Shown piece after piece: positions 54,538 to 64,000 of a stretch of DNA of 64,000 bases. Position 1 is the first letter of the stretch. Each line of letters opens with the position of its first letter. Position numbers and translations under genes: made by a program. The stretch lies in assembly GCA_010909165.1 (NCBI GenBank), contig MU008180.1, positions 991,884 to 1,055,883 of the forward strand, in the 5' to 3' direction. The DNA is from Anthoceros angustus. Its lineage: Eukaryota > Plantae > Anthocerotophyta. The notes under the pieces were generated by a model, which had not been told where the DNA came from, searched no databases, and saw only the letters and a program-made list of their open reading frames with translations.

Positions 54538-56967
54538 ATGGCCAGTACTTGCGCCTTCTCGGTGTTGAGGCTCCCTGCTGCTGGACCTGCCGGGGCGGAA
54601 GGCGCGGCCAGGCCCGACTCCTCCTTCTCCACGGGCGTCAGGCTGCCCGCGTGCGGCGGGAAGAGGCTGTCGGGGCTCAGGCTGAGCCAAGCCGGAGCTG
54701 GAGCTCGGTGTCATGGCGCTGCCCCGCCGGAGGCCGAGGAGTCCACGGAGGTCTTTGACACCAAGTCCTTTCGCCATAACTTGACCAGGAGTGACAAGTA
54801 CAACAGGAACGGATTCGGGCACAAGAAGGAGGTTCTCGCGCAGATAGAGCAGGAGTACCAGAGTAAGTGCGTCTGTGGATTCTGCCTGGGATTTGACGCT
54901 CTTGAATGAAGGTGGAGACTGAGGTTGTGCGTGTTGTGAATTTTGGCCGTGTTCAGGTAACTTCGTCAAGATTCTGAAAGAGAACAACTTCGTATACACG
55001 TGGGGTGATGTTACCGTGAAGCTTGCCAAGGCTTACGGCTTCTGCTGGGGGGTGGAACGAGCTGTGCAGATTGTTTATGAGGCTCGGAAGCAGTTTCCCA
55101 CGGAACAGCTGTGGCTCACGAATGAGCTCATTCACAATCCAAGCATAAATGAGGTGAGATTTTGTTTCGGCTTGTCAAGTGCCGGGCTGTATCTTCATCG
55201 TTCCTGCTGTTTCGCGGCACTCGAGGGTGTGATTTGGGGCTAAGCCCTGCCGCTTGCGGTTTTACTTCGTGATCTTTGCAGAAATTGCAAACCATGGCTG
55301 TCAAGACCATCCCTGTCACTGATGGTGTCAAGGATTTCAGTGTTGCGGAGAAGGGAGACGTGGTGATTCTGCCTGCCTTTGGAGCATCAGTTCAGGAGAT
55401 GCGGGTCTTAAGTGACAAGAAAGTACAAATTGTTGATACGACTTGCCCTTGGGTGTCCAAAGTACGAACATGGCCTGGATGCTAGATCAACTTGCCTGCT
55501 GGGAGTTTCTGTTGTTGAGGCAACTACGTAGGGAGATGTTTTAACAAGGCTGAATTGCAGGTGTGGAATGCAGTTGAGAAGCAGAAGAAGGGAACATACA
55601 CATCAATCATCCACGGGAAGGCTAAACACGAGGAGACAATTGCCACAGCTTCTTTTGCTGGAACGTATGTCATAGTGAAGAATATGAAAGAGGTGAGAGC
55701 TGTGACAGTTCTGGTTCTGGACGGTGGACATAGGCTTCAATATTCAGGTTTTCATGGTGGTTTGGTTGATGTTTGGATTGCAGGCTATGTACGTCTGTGA
55801 CTACATCCTGGGAGGAAAGCTTGACGGATCAAGCGGATCAAAGGAGGAGTTCTTGAAGGTAAGCCTGCATGACTCTTAGTAGCAGCACTTATTCAGGATT
55901 TGTTATTGCTTTGACCTCATCTACTTTTGAGATACTCTGGCGCCTAGCACGAGCTGATCTCCAACTGGTTCCTTACATCATGCTGTTGTGCAGAAATTCG
56001 CTCACTCCAAAGGCTTTGACCCTGATGTTGATCTCGTGAAAGTTGGCGTAGCCAATCAGACTACAATGTTGAAAGGAGAAACGGAGGCAATTGGTATGTG
56101 GCTTGTTATTCACCAATTATTGGGATTCTATTGTTCAATTAATGATTTTCTCCAACACATGATAAGGTTTTCCTCTTCAGGAAAGCTATTCGAAAGGACG
56201 ATGATGCAGAAGTATGGTGTAGAGAATCCGACTGAGCACTACATGAGTTTCAATACCATTTGTGATGCCACTCAGGTACTTGGTCGTCTCTTCTACCCGG
56301 GCAAGTAAAACTCAGATCAGTTCTGATGGATCCATCGGAACTTCACCTCAAAGGAGGCTTACCTTACGGATGTGGTGATGCACAGGAGAGACAAGATGCT
56401 ATGTATGAAATGGTGGAGGAGAAAGTGGACCTCATGCTTGTCGTTGGAGGATGGAACTCCAGCAACACAAGCCACCTTCAGGAGATTCCTGAACTTAGGG
56501 GTATCCCTTCTTACTGGATTGACACGGAGGCTCGCATCGGTCCTGGGAACAGAATAGCCCACAGGCTGAATGTAAGTAGAACTGAGCACGAATGGGCCAA
56601 CTTTCTTTTTGTGCTTTCTGGGTTTCTTGCACATGCTACTTTGCAGAGGGTGTATTCTCTTCTTTTCAGTCTCTAAATGGTTTTTGTCTTGTGTATCCAA
56701 CAGCACGGTGAGCTGGTCGAGACTGAAAACTTTCTGCCCGCTGGACCAATCACTGTGGGTGTGACATCGGGTGCATCAACGCCCGACAAGGTATGTTCTG
56801 CAGAGTTCACCTTTTTTATTCAGTTTGTGCTTTGCGTGCCCCTGAGTCTACAGAAGGTTTTCCAAGTGTAGCGTGATAATGTTGTGTCGTTGTGTCTGCA
56901 GGCTATCGAAGATGTCTTGAGTGCTGTGTTCCAACTTAAGCGGGAACAAGCTCTGCAAACTGTTTAG
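54538..56967 (+). CDS. HDR: 4-hydroxy-3-methylbut-2-enyl diphosphate reductase (MEP pathway, plastid-targeted), multi-exon
   Basis: Transit peptide; [16 protein letters not shown]; [15 protein letters not shown]; TNELIHNP; [11 protein letters not shown]; [10 protein letters not shown]; [10 protein letters not shown]; [11 protein letters not shown]; [13 protein letters not shown]; [11 protein letters not shown]; stop at 56965-56967. Confidence 0.96.
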
Positions 56968-57361
56968 AGTCGCGGGCCGGTTGGAGAGGTGATGTACATA
57001 TTTATCGGGTTCGCAAATTTGGCCTACTCGAGAACACATGTAACTTGTAATTTTTTGTGAGATCTTAGTTTTTGGTACGTGAACGGTGAAACCGTGAAAT
57101 AGTGCATACACTTGTCATTCGATCCTGTGAAATTGAACAGTAATGTTTGTGCGAGAACGTACAAAACGTAATGGTTGAGCCCCAACGTGGCAAGCGTGTA
57201 GATAAGTGTGAAGAGCATTTTAGCTGGTGGTTGATGGAATGAAGGCATTACGCGTGGCGGTATTGCCACTTGGCTGAGGTCACTGGGCAGGGCAGGGCAA
57301 GGCAGATGAGCTTCTTGCTTCTTCCATCTTGGTGGCCTTGGTTCCGAACATCCTGTGGAAG

Positions 57362-58486
57362 ATGGAGGCGGAGGCGGCGAGAGGTAGCTTGTTGGAACGC
57401 ACCACTGTGCAGCAATTGGTGCAAGGCAAGAGCAGGCTGGTGGAAGTTCCGTACACAGCAACGGTGGGCGACACGCTGAATGCGCTGCTGGCCAACCACA
57501 TCGTGGCAGTGGCGGTGGCAGCGCCCCCGGGCCAATGGATCGGAGCAGGAGGCTCCATGATCGAGGAATCCGACAGAGTGACAGGAGCGGCCCGGAAGCA
57601 TTACATCGGGATGGTCACGGTGTTTGACATTTTCATCCATGTGACAGAGGAGGAGGAGCTGCCGGACGTGGAGAGCCGGCTGTCGACGCCGGCGAGCACG
57701 GTGATCGGGCACTCGCTGGAGGGGCTCAACCTGTGGGCACTCAATCCCAGCACCAGGCTAGCAGAGGCCATGGAGCCCATGTCCAAGGGCGTGCACCGGG
57801 TGCTGGTCCCGGTCTGCAGCAGCCACCCGGAGCAGGCGCACGCGCACGTCAGCGGACTGGAGCGCACCGAGCTCTCCCCCGGCTACCACATGCTCACCCA
57901 GACGGACGTGGTGCGCTTCCTGTGGGAGCATAATGGCGAGCTGGGGGACTTCCTCTCCTCGCACACCGTCTCGGAGGCGGGGGCTGTGCACGAGATGGTG
58001 TTCGCCATCCCGGCCGACATGACGGTGACCAACGCCGCCAAGTGCATGCGCAACGCGCAGCTGTCGGCGGTGGCCATTGTGGAGCCCGCGCCCGCTTGCA
58101 ACCTGGATCCCCATCTCAGCATCGGCCACGGGAGGCGGATAGTGGGCACCTTCTCCGCCACCGACTTGCGGGGTTGCGGGCCTGACGCCCTGCGGATGTG
58201 GTCCTCCATGGGCGTGCTGGACTTTCTCAGCAGATCCCGCATCGCCATGCGCTATGGGCTGGGGGCTGCTTCTCAGGATCAGGCGAATGCGGATGCAACT
58301 GGAGCTTCTGTGCCCAGGCCCCCTGTCACCTGCTTGCCAACAGCTAGCCTCGCTCAGGTCATGTTTGAGGCTCTGGATAAGCAGGTCCATCACGTCTGGG
58401 TTACTGATGAACAAGCTTGTCTGCTTGGCATCGTCACCTTCTCCGACATCTTACGAGCCGTTCGTCAACACTTATCGCCATCGTAG
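57362..58486 (+). CDS. CBS-domain protein, SnRK1 gamma-like (PV42-type), intronless
   Basis: VEVPYTATVGDTLNALLANHIVAVAVAAPPGQWIGAGGSMI..KHYIGMV; MSKGVHRVLVP; MLTQTDVVRFL; GTFSATDLRGC; VHHVWVTD..LLGIVTFSDILR. Confidence 0.88.
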   Translation: MEAEAARGSLLERTTVQQLVQGKSRLVEVPYTATVGDTLNALLANHIVAVAVAAPPGQWIGAGGSMIEESDRVTGAARKHYIGMVTVFDIFIHVTEEEELPDVESRLSTPASTVIGHSLEGLNLWALNPSTRLAEAMEPMSKGVHRVLVPVCSSHPEQAHAHVSGLERTELSPGYHMLTQTDVVRFLWEHNGELGDFLSSHTVSEAGAVHEMVFAIPADMTVTNAAKCMRNAQLSAVAIVEPAPACNLDPHLSIGHGRRIVGTFSATDLRGCGPDALRMWSSMGVLDFLSRSRIAMRYGLGAASQDQANADATGASVPRPPVTCLPTASLAQVMFEALDKQVHHVWVTDEQACLLGIVTFSDILRAVRQHLSPS

Positions 58487-58621
58487 GGCCTTACGCCACA
58501 GATATTTACAAGTATTGTACAGTTCTTGGGAAGAGGCAGAACTCAGAGCAGAAAGCTGCTTGCTGCTTGCTTGCTTGTCTGCACTTGAACAAAATGTAAT
58601 TACATCCTAAGTATCCACCAC

Positions 58622-60883
58622 CTAAAATTCTATGTCGGACTTCCTGTCCGCCGGAGCCGCACTCTCCCACAGACTAACAAACGTGGGTAAGTGCTCCACA
58701 GACACGTTCATTTCCCTCAACCGTCTGGCATATTCCTGCACATCCAGAAAGAGTTGGGCACACATTTTTTCGGTATCAGAAACATTGCTGTCACTTGTGT
58801 CGGTCCCCACTCCTCTTTGTTGTTGTTTGGCTTTGTCTCTCAGACGTCGCAGTGACTCCTCTGTCTTCTTTGCCGTTGTGATAACCTCTTTGACTACCTC
58901 GTCGTAACGAGCAGTGGTCTTCTCAGCTACTGAATACAGCACCTCATATCGTGTTCCGCTCTTGAGCAGCTTTGCGCTATCTCCATCCATGAATGTCTTC
59001 AGTGGCTGAAAGAGACTGGCGACATAGGGTGAATGCCGAACAGGTGCAGGTTTGTTCGTCATTCGGTAGGTTGCTGAGATGCCCTTGAGCTGCTTCAGAG
59101 CTTCCATGCACTGCTCAGCCAGAGCATCAGTTAACACATCCGTCAGAGCTGGCACCAAGTCAGAGAGGGTTTGAGCTCCCTGGAAGATGCTCATCCGAAC
59201 GACTGTAAGCACGTCTTCCGGGCTTGAACTGAGGAGCTCTAAGATGTGGTCCACGTAGGGGCCCTTTATCAACCTAACCAAACCTTCCACGTCGTTTCTC
59301 ACTAAAACGAAATCATCAGGAGCTGCTCCTGAGGCCCATTGTCCTCCTGTCGTATCACCTGCTGCAGAGTTCCTTGTAGCAAGGCCGTTGGACAGCCAAG
59401 TTGAGTATCTAGAAATAAGCTGCAAAGCCACACGGAGAAATTTGTCCGCTAACGATGGCATATAGACATCGTTGTGCAAGCATCTTTGTAACGACTCCCA
59501 CAGAGCTATGGATGGCTGAAGTCTCAAAGAAACGTCTCCATATTGGTACGGTGCTTGGCCCCCAAATAGAGCAGCCGCAGACGTTGAGGTGAGGGCCTTC
59601 TCCAGAGTGCCTGCAATCTCCTGGAGCCTGAGAGTGAAATACACATTCACATTCCACTGCTTCATGAAGTCCTTATACGCATCCTTTGAGCGGAATTCTG
59701 CCACTGCTTCTTGTGAGGAATACTGCCCTTCCAGGAAATCTAAAAACTTCAAGGTGGATCTGTAGTTCTTGAGAAACTCAACAGGCTTTCCAGGAGAAAA
59801 TGCCCCAGGCCTCCCTTTCTGGATTGCAGAGTGAACCTCCCTCAGAATAGAGTTGCTGAGGAAGTCAAACATGTGTAGACCAGAATTCGCCACAGCTGCA
59901 AGATCCAACAGAAACTTGCAATCTGTCTCGATAACGTCCTTCAACTCCTCAAACCCCTCTTCTAAAAGGTCACCAGCGCCTCCAACAACATTCTTCAACG
60001 GATCAGGGGAGATGATCTTCTGAACGGCAGGTGCAACAACAGCTGACCGGTATGCAGCTTCGGCACCTGAAGTGTTGTCAAGTGCAGCATATGCACGAAG
60101 GCAGTGATACACTATGTCCCTGTCAAGTCTCTCCAAGCCCCCCACGAAGCATCTTCGCAAACTTGCCTCAAGAGAAACATCCGCAGCATGGATCCGCTTT
60201 TCCATATTCTGTATGAAAGGCAGATCCTGCGCACGAGCCACATAGAACTTCAACCTGTTCATCTCACTGGCAATCCGCTCCAAGAGGCGGCTCCGATCAC
60301 TGAAACCTAACTCCCCAGCCACCTCGTTCCCATTGCTCATCACCTCACTGTCCGACACATGAGGTCCATCCTCAGGCGTGTTCTGCAGCTCCAGCAAAAG
60401 CTTCTCCACCTTGGACACCACGTGCGAAGTATCTAACAGCAGCTCCAAAATTTCCCTCGATGAGGAAGCCTCTGCGCGCCGTTTGAGCCCATCCTGGAGG
60501 GCCGCAAGAGACTCATCCACTTTCTCCCTCACGGCCAGCAGCTTCACTTTCAACTCATTGAAAGGCATGCGCATCCGGAGAACCGCGCCATCAACATCCA
60601 CCAGCTTCGTGCTCAAGTTCACGAAATCGGCATAATCCCGGTTGATGAGCTCCACAAGCTCGTTCTTCAGCACTGCCAGATGGCTCTTCAGTTCCGATCT
60701 CAGCGTGTCGAAGGGAACGTACCTCCGCAGCCCTGCAATGTAGGCTTCGCTGTCGAACGTGGGCGCCGAGAATGCCTCTTTCTTGAACCACAGCGGCTGC
60801 GAGTCGCCATCGTCTCCGAAGAAGGCTGCCACAGACCTCGGACCCGAGGAAATCGGCAAAGATGAGAACTCGGTGGGCGCCAT
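58622..60883 (-). CDS. COG2: Conserved oligomeric Golgi complex subunit 2, intronless
   Basis: 753-aa ORF: LWFKKEAF..FDSEAYIAGLRRYVPFDTLRSEL..LVELINRDYADFVNLSTKLVDVDGAV; FSPGKPVEF; WNVNVYFTLRLQEIA; LKGISATYRMTNKPAPVRHSPYV; SDTEKMCAQLFLDVQEY. Confidence 0.95.
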   Translation of the reverse strand: MAPTEFSSLPISSGPRSVAAFFGDDGDSQPLWFKKEAFSAPTFDSEAYIAGLRRYVPFDTLRSELKSHLAVLKNELVELINRDYADFVNLSTKLVDVDGAVLRMRMPFNELKVKLLAVREKVDESLAALQDGLKRRAEASSSREILELLLDTSHVVSKVEKLLLELQNTPEDGPHVSDSEVMSNGNEVAGELGFSDRSRLLERIASEMNRLKFYVARAQDLPFIQNMEKRIHAADVSLEASLRRCFVGGLERLDRDIVYHCLRAYAALDNTSGAEAAYRSAVVAPAVQKIISPDPLKNVVGGAGDLLEEGFEELKDVIETDCKFLLDLAAVANSGLHMFDFLSNSILREVHSAIQKGRPGAFSPGKPVEFLKNYRSTLKFLDFLEGQYSSQEAVAEFRSKDAYKDFMKQWNVNVYFTLRLQEIAGTLEKALTSTSAAALFGGQAPYQYGDVSLRLQPSIALWESLQRCLHNDVYMPSLADKFLRVALQLISRYSTWLSNGLATRNSAAGDTTGGQWASGAAPDDFVLVRNDVEGLVRLIKGPYVDHILELLSSSPEDVLTVVRMSIFQGAQTLSDLVPALTDVLTDALAEQCMEALKQLKGISATYRMTNKPAPVRHSPYVASLFQPLKTFMDGDSAKLLKSGTRYEVLYSVAEKTTARYDEVVKEVITTAKKTEESLRRLRDKAKQQQRGVGTDTSDSNVSDTEKMCAQLFLDVQEYARRLREMNVSVEHLPTFVSLWESAAPADRKSDIEF

Positions 60884-61970
60884 GGCGATCTGCCAAGCCC
60901 TGCCCTTTCGCTGTCACTATCTGCGAGAACCCAAAGCAGGCACCATCAGGGCGCTGCAGCCAACGGAGACACACGACATCAGCAAGGAGGAAAGCAAGAT
61001 CTGAGAAACTGTGTAGCTCCACTTCTAACTTGGACCGATCTGATGCCGTTAAGTGTGTGCTCGGATTTCAGAAAATAAGTTCCTAGTAGAAAATAAGTTT
61101 CTTTAGACATGTCAAGCCTTGCTTATTGGCCATTTTCTGTTATCTATTATTTTTAATATAATTAATTTTAGAAAAATCCGATCGCCCTTGCTCTTGCCTC
61201 CACAGCTAAGAGCATACTTAGATCCACATGCTTTTGGAAAATATGAAACCCACCTCGGCTGTCCACCACTAATGCCCACCATGAGGATCATCTTCATGTG
61301 GTTTACAACTTGAAGTATTCATTTCGTTGAGCACACATTACGGAAAAGCTAGAAGCACAGCTACCACGCTGCCGAAAATGGGCCAAGTCCGATGCTCCCA
61401 AGCCGATCGAAACATTTTTAGAAGTGAAAAATCAGGTAATTAAAGGTCACAAAAAATATTTCCCTTAGAGACACACAACCGCATATGATAAAACAGGCCT
61501 GCCAGCTGCTTGTGCTCTACATTTGGTTCATATACTGGTTTGCACGTTTCATAAAAACTTGGCCACCGCATATTCCACTTGACCCTGGTCACGGTCACTG
61601 GCCCAGGCATTGCCTGCAGGCGATGGCTCAGGGTGAAAACCCGAGGAGATGAGGGGATGCTTCAGGGTGAAAAAATGACGGGATGTGAGGGGAGCGAGGA
61701 TGCCCGTCTCACCATGGTTTTGCTAAACACAAGGCCGAACTAGTATGGTTGTGCCGTTCCAGGGCAGTCGATTCATGATATTCTTTTTTCTGATGTAAAA
61801 AATAGACCACGGCCGAAAGTCCCTCATCATACTTTGCTCAGATTTCCCTGAGCTTGAAACGAACTGCAAAACAATCAAGGAGCAGAAACGAAGGACTCAA
61901 TCTGAGTCCAGTCGGTTCGCCTTCTGAGTTTAGAGATAGTCTCAAGAGGTAACTTCCTGACGGAACGTTT

Positions 61971-62247
61971 TAGGGTTTTGATAGACCCTTGGAGGAAGAA
62001 GAAGGAACTCTCTTCAGTTTGCAGTCTGCCTGAACTTCTGCTAACACGCCGCCTGTCGTTGCGGAAAAGAAGAGACCAAATTGCTACTTGAACAGAGAAG
62101 AGAAGCCCTAGACGGAGGCTGCGTGTAGGGCCTTCGGTCTCTTCGTGTCGTCCTGCTGAGGATTGCTTTACTGTTGCTGTCCGGGCTCTGCCCTGCCCTG
62201 CTCTGCTCTGCTCTGCATCTCCTCCTTTCTGCTCAACCCTAAACCCT
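61971..62247. promoter_or_regulatory. Telo-box motifs in the NOP10 promoter/5' region
   Basis: tagggttt at 61971-61978 (reverse AAACCCTA) and aaccctaaaccct at 62235-62247; site II-like TGGGCC (61379) and GGCCCA (61600) lie further upstream. This combination is typical of plant ribosome-biogenesis genes. Confidence 0.6.
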
Positions 62248-62258
62248 TTGCTCCCACC

Positions 62259-62656
62259 ATGTATCTCATGTTCTATATCAACGACAACGGTGAGAAGGTT
62301 TACACACTGAAGGTAAGTCTCACAGGATTGCACTTGGAGTTCCGAGCACCCGCTTTGTAAATTGTGCTCAATTCCTCTCGTGCTGTATTGCAGAAGGAAG
62401 ACCCAGCTGGGACCCCAAGTCAATCGGCACATCCTGGTATGGAATGTCCTTGTTCTGTTGGTTTTGCATGGCTTATGGGACTCTGTTGCAATCATGGATT
62501 TGGCGGGAATTACCGGCTGCTAATGGGTTGCTTGCACTTTGTTGCTGGGTGGCTGCAGCGCGGTTCTCCCCTGATGATAAGTTCTCCAAGCAGCGCATCA
62601 CCTTGAAGAAGAGGTTTGGACTGCTGCCAACTCAGGCGCCTCCGAAGGAATATTAG
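62259..62656 (+). CDS. NOP10: H/ACA ribonucleoprotein subunit NOP10
   Basis: Exons 62259-62312, 62394-62436 and 62559-62656 (195 nt) give the 64-aa [64 protein letters not shown]. Confidence 0.97.
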
Positions 62657-62668
62657 CACGTGGGAACA

Positions 62669-63280
62669 ATGTCTGGACCGATATGTGAGAAGCGGAAGGT
62701 TGTGGCGGATGGAGTCTGGTTTGCTGAACGGAGTTAGTTTCTTAACGAGAGAGTCGAGTGATGATGGAGGGGTTCGGTGGTGTCCAAGTGCGTGTCTCTC
62801 TCTTGAGAACCGAGATCACAGTCAAAAGCGACTTGGCATGGAATGTCGGAAGGTCCTTGAAGAGGGGCAGGCGCATTCTGGAGCTCACGCTAGCTATTCA
62901 GAAGCGGTTCGGCTTTCCAGTCGACGCTACGGAGAAGGTGTCCAAATGTGTTCTGCCTGCCACTAACCAAGGTGCCGGACGGACTTCAAAAGCCCCAAGG
63001 GCGTTTTTGGAAGGTTTATCATGTACAGTAGGGATATGAAGTATGTATTAAGTTCAAAAGGGCTTCCAGGGTTTCTTGGTCTTTTATCTGGCAATTTCGT
63101 GAAAGAGAACATCGACACTGCCGTTGTCCATGTGTGAGCTTCGTCCCGGAGTGCGGGGAATTGTGAGGCTTAAGTTGCGGCTGGAGATCAGGGGCGAGAC
63201 AGGTCTAATGATCTCCGTGTAGGTGGTGTTGCCATATTCTAGCCTCAAGGATTGGAAGAGGCCGTGTCAGCCACGCGTTC
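62669..63280 (+). pseudogene. RPS3: Decayed, intronless 40S ribosomal protein S3 (uS3) pseudogene
   Basis: Across stops and frameshifts: MSGPICEKRKVVADGVWFAE* (MxxQISKKRKFVADGVFYAE), EGFGGVQVRVSLLRTEITV (DGYSGVEVRVTPMRTEII), GRRILELTLAIQKRFGFP (GRRIRELTSVVQKRF), SGNFVKENIDTAVVHV* (SGQPTKEYIDSAVRHV), LRPGVRGI (LRQGVLGI). Confidence 0.85.
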
Positions 63281-63770
63281 GCATGCAAAGAAGGGAGGTT
63301 CAGACTGCTTTCGCTATTTTCTCCGTGCAAAGCAAACTGTTCCATGGTGCTCGGGAAGTGAATCACATGCAACTACTTCGCATCCAGAGTGATTCAAACG
63401 GTTAGAAAAGTCCGCGTAGTCTATGCTACTGAAACCGTGATGGGGGGGAATCACAGCGGGTTCTGGCAGTTCACTAAACCCTGTGGGCTGAAGGGATTGG
63501 CAACTTGGAACTGAACTCGAAGATGGACCCTGTAAACAACGTACAGGAAAAACTGAACAGCGAACTTCTCCTTAGAGCGCAAAGCTGGACCATGTGGCTT
63601 ACAGCAAACACACAACGTTGGACTCACCCCCATGAAAGTTGTCAGCAGTCGAAGCAAATCGTGGGATAGCGATCTATACAAATTAATCGTGAATCAATGG
63701 TATACACAACAAATTTGTCTAACACAACTAGTCAAGGATTGAAGGCAACTGTAGGCCTGGCCGATAAAAT

Positions 63771-64000
63771 CTAGCCATATGTGGGGGGAGGAGCAGCAGC
63801 AGGAGGGGCCATTCTTCTCTTCTTGGCGACGATGAATCCTGCTCCGATTAGGCAAGCAGCACCGATAATGACACCAATACTGATTCCTGCCTTGGCACCG
63901 GGTGACAAGCCATCTTTGCCTCCACCCCCTGAAGAAGGCTGAGGAGCTGGTGATCGCCCATGGCCGGAAGGAGGAACTGCCACGTTCGGGCCTGCGGCGA
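63771..64000 (-). CDS. 3' end of a Pro/Gly-rich type I membrane protein; gene continues beyond the window
   Basis: VPPSGHGRSPAPQPSSGGGGKDGLSPGAKAGISIGVIIGAACLIGAGFIVAKKRR..TYG*: Pro-rich juxtamembrane stretch, TM helix and basic stop-transfer. The frame is open to the window edge. Confidence 0.7.
   Translation of the reverse strand, partial: AAGPNVAVPPSGHGRSPAPQPSSGGGGKDGLSPGAKAGISIGVIIGAACLIGAGFIVAKKRRMAPPAAAPPPTYG

Noticed and set aside
62235-62247. Interstitial telomere remnant
   Set aside because: Fewer than two repeat units, positioned in a ribosome-biogenesis gene's 5' region; better read as a telo-box.

Overview
A gene-dense stretch of a eukaryotic nuclear genome from a land plant. 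Short (about 60-200 nt) GT-AG introns, GC-rich exons and the gene content suggest a compact non-seed-plant genome such as a hornwort; this is inference. It holds about 20 protein-coding loci: LIP2p octanoyltransferase (partial), two S-domain-type receptor kinases, CDC7, a group VIII bHLH, SNI1, a CFIm59/68-like RRM protein, tyrosylprotein sulfotransferase (TPST), a LISCL-type GRAS factor, a DUF26/Gnk2-like protein, peptidyl-tRNA hydrolase, a DIS3-family exoribonuclease, a germin-like protein, an unknown membrane protein, beta-COP, HDR/IspH, a PV42-like CBS protein, COG2, NOP10 and the 3' end of a type I membrane protein. AT-rich islands carry transposon remnants. Most notable: (1) an adjacent, apparently complementary kinase pair, one with an intact kinase but no lectin ectodomain and one with a full ectodomain but a pseudokinase domain split by a ~230-aa in-frame insertion; (2) an intact, intronless, AT-rich TPST bracketed by (TTC)n-tailed non-LTR retroelement ends; (3) a DIS3 paralogue that looks like DIS3L1, a type not described in angiosperms; (4) a decayed RPS3 retrocopy starting 12 nt after the NOP10 stop codon. 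Several GC-rich loci carry single-base frameshifts that are probably assembly errors. All family assignments are by motif recognition from memory; no database search was run.
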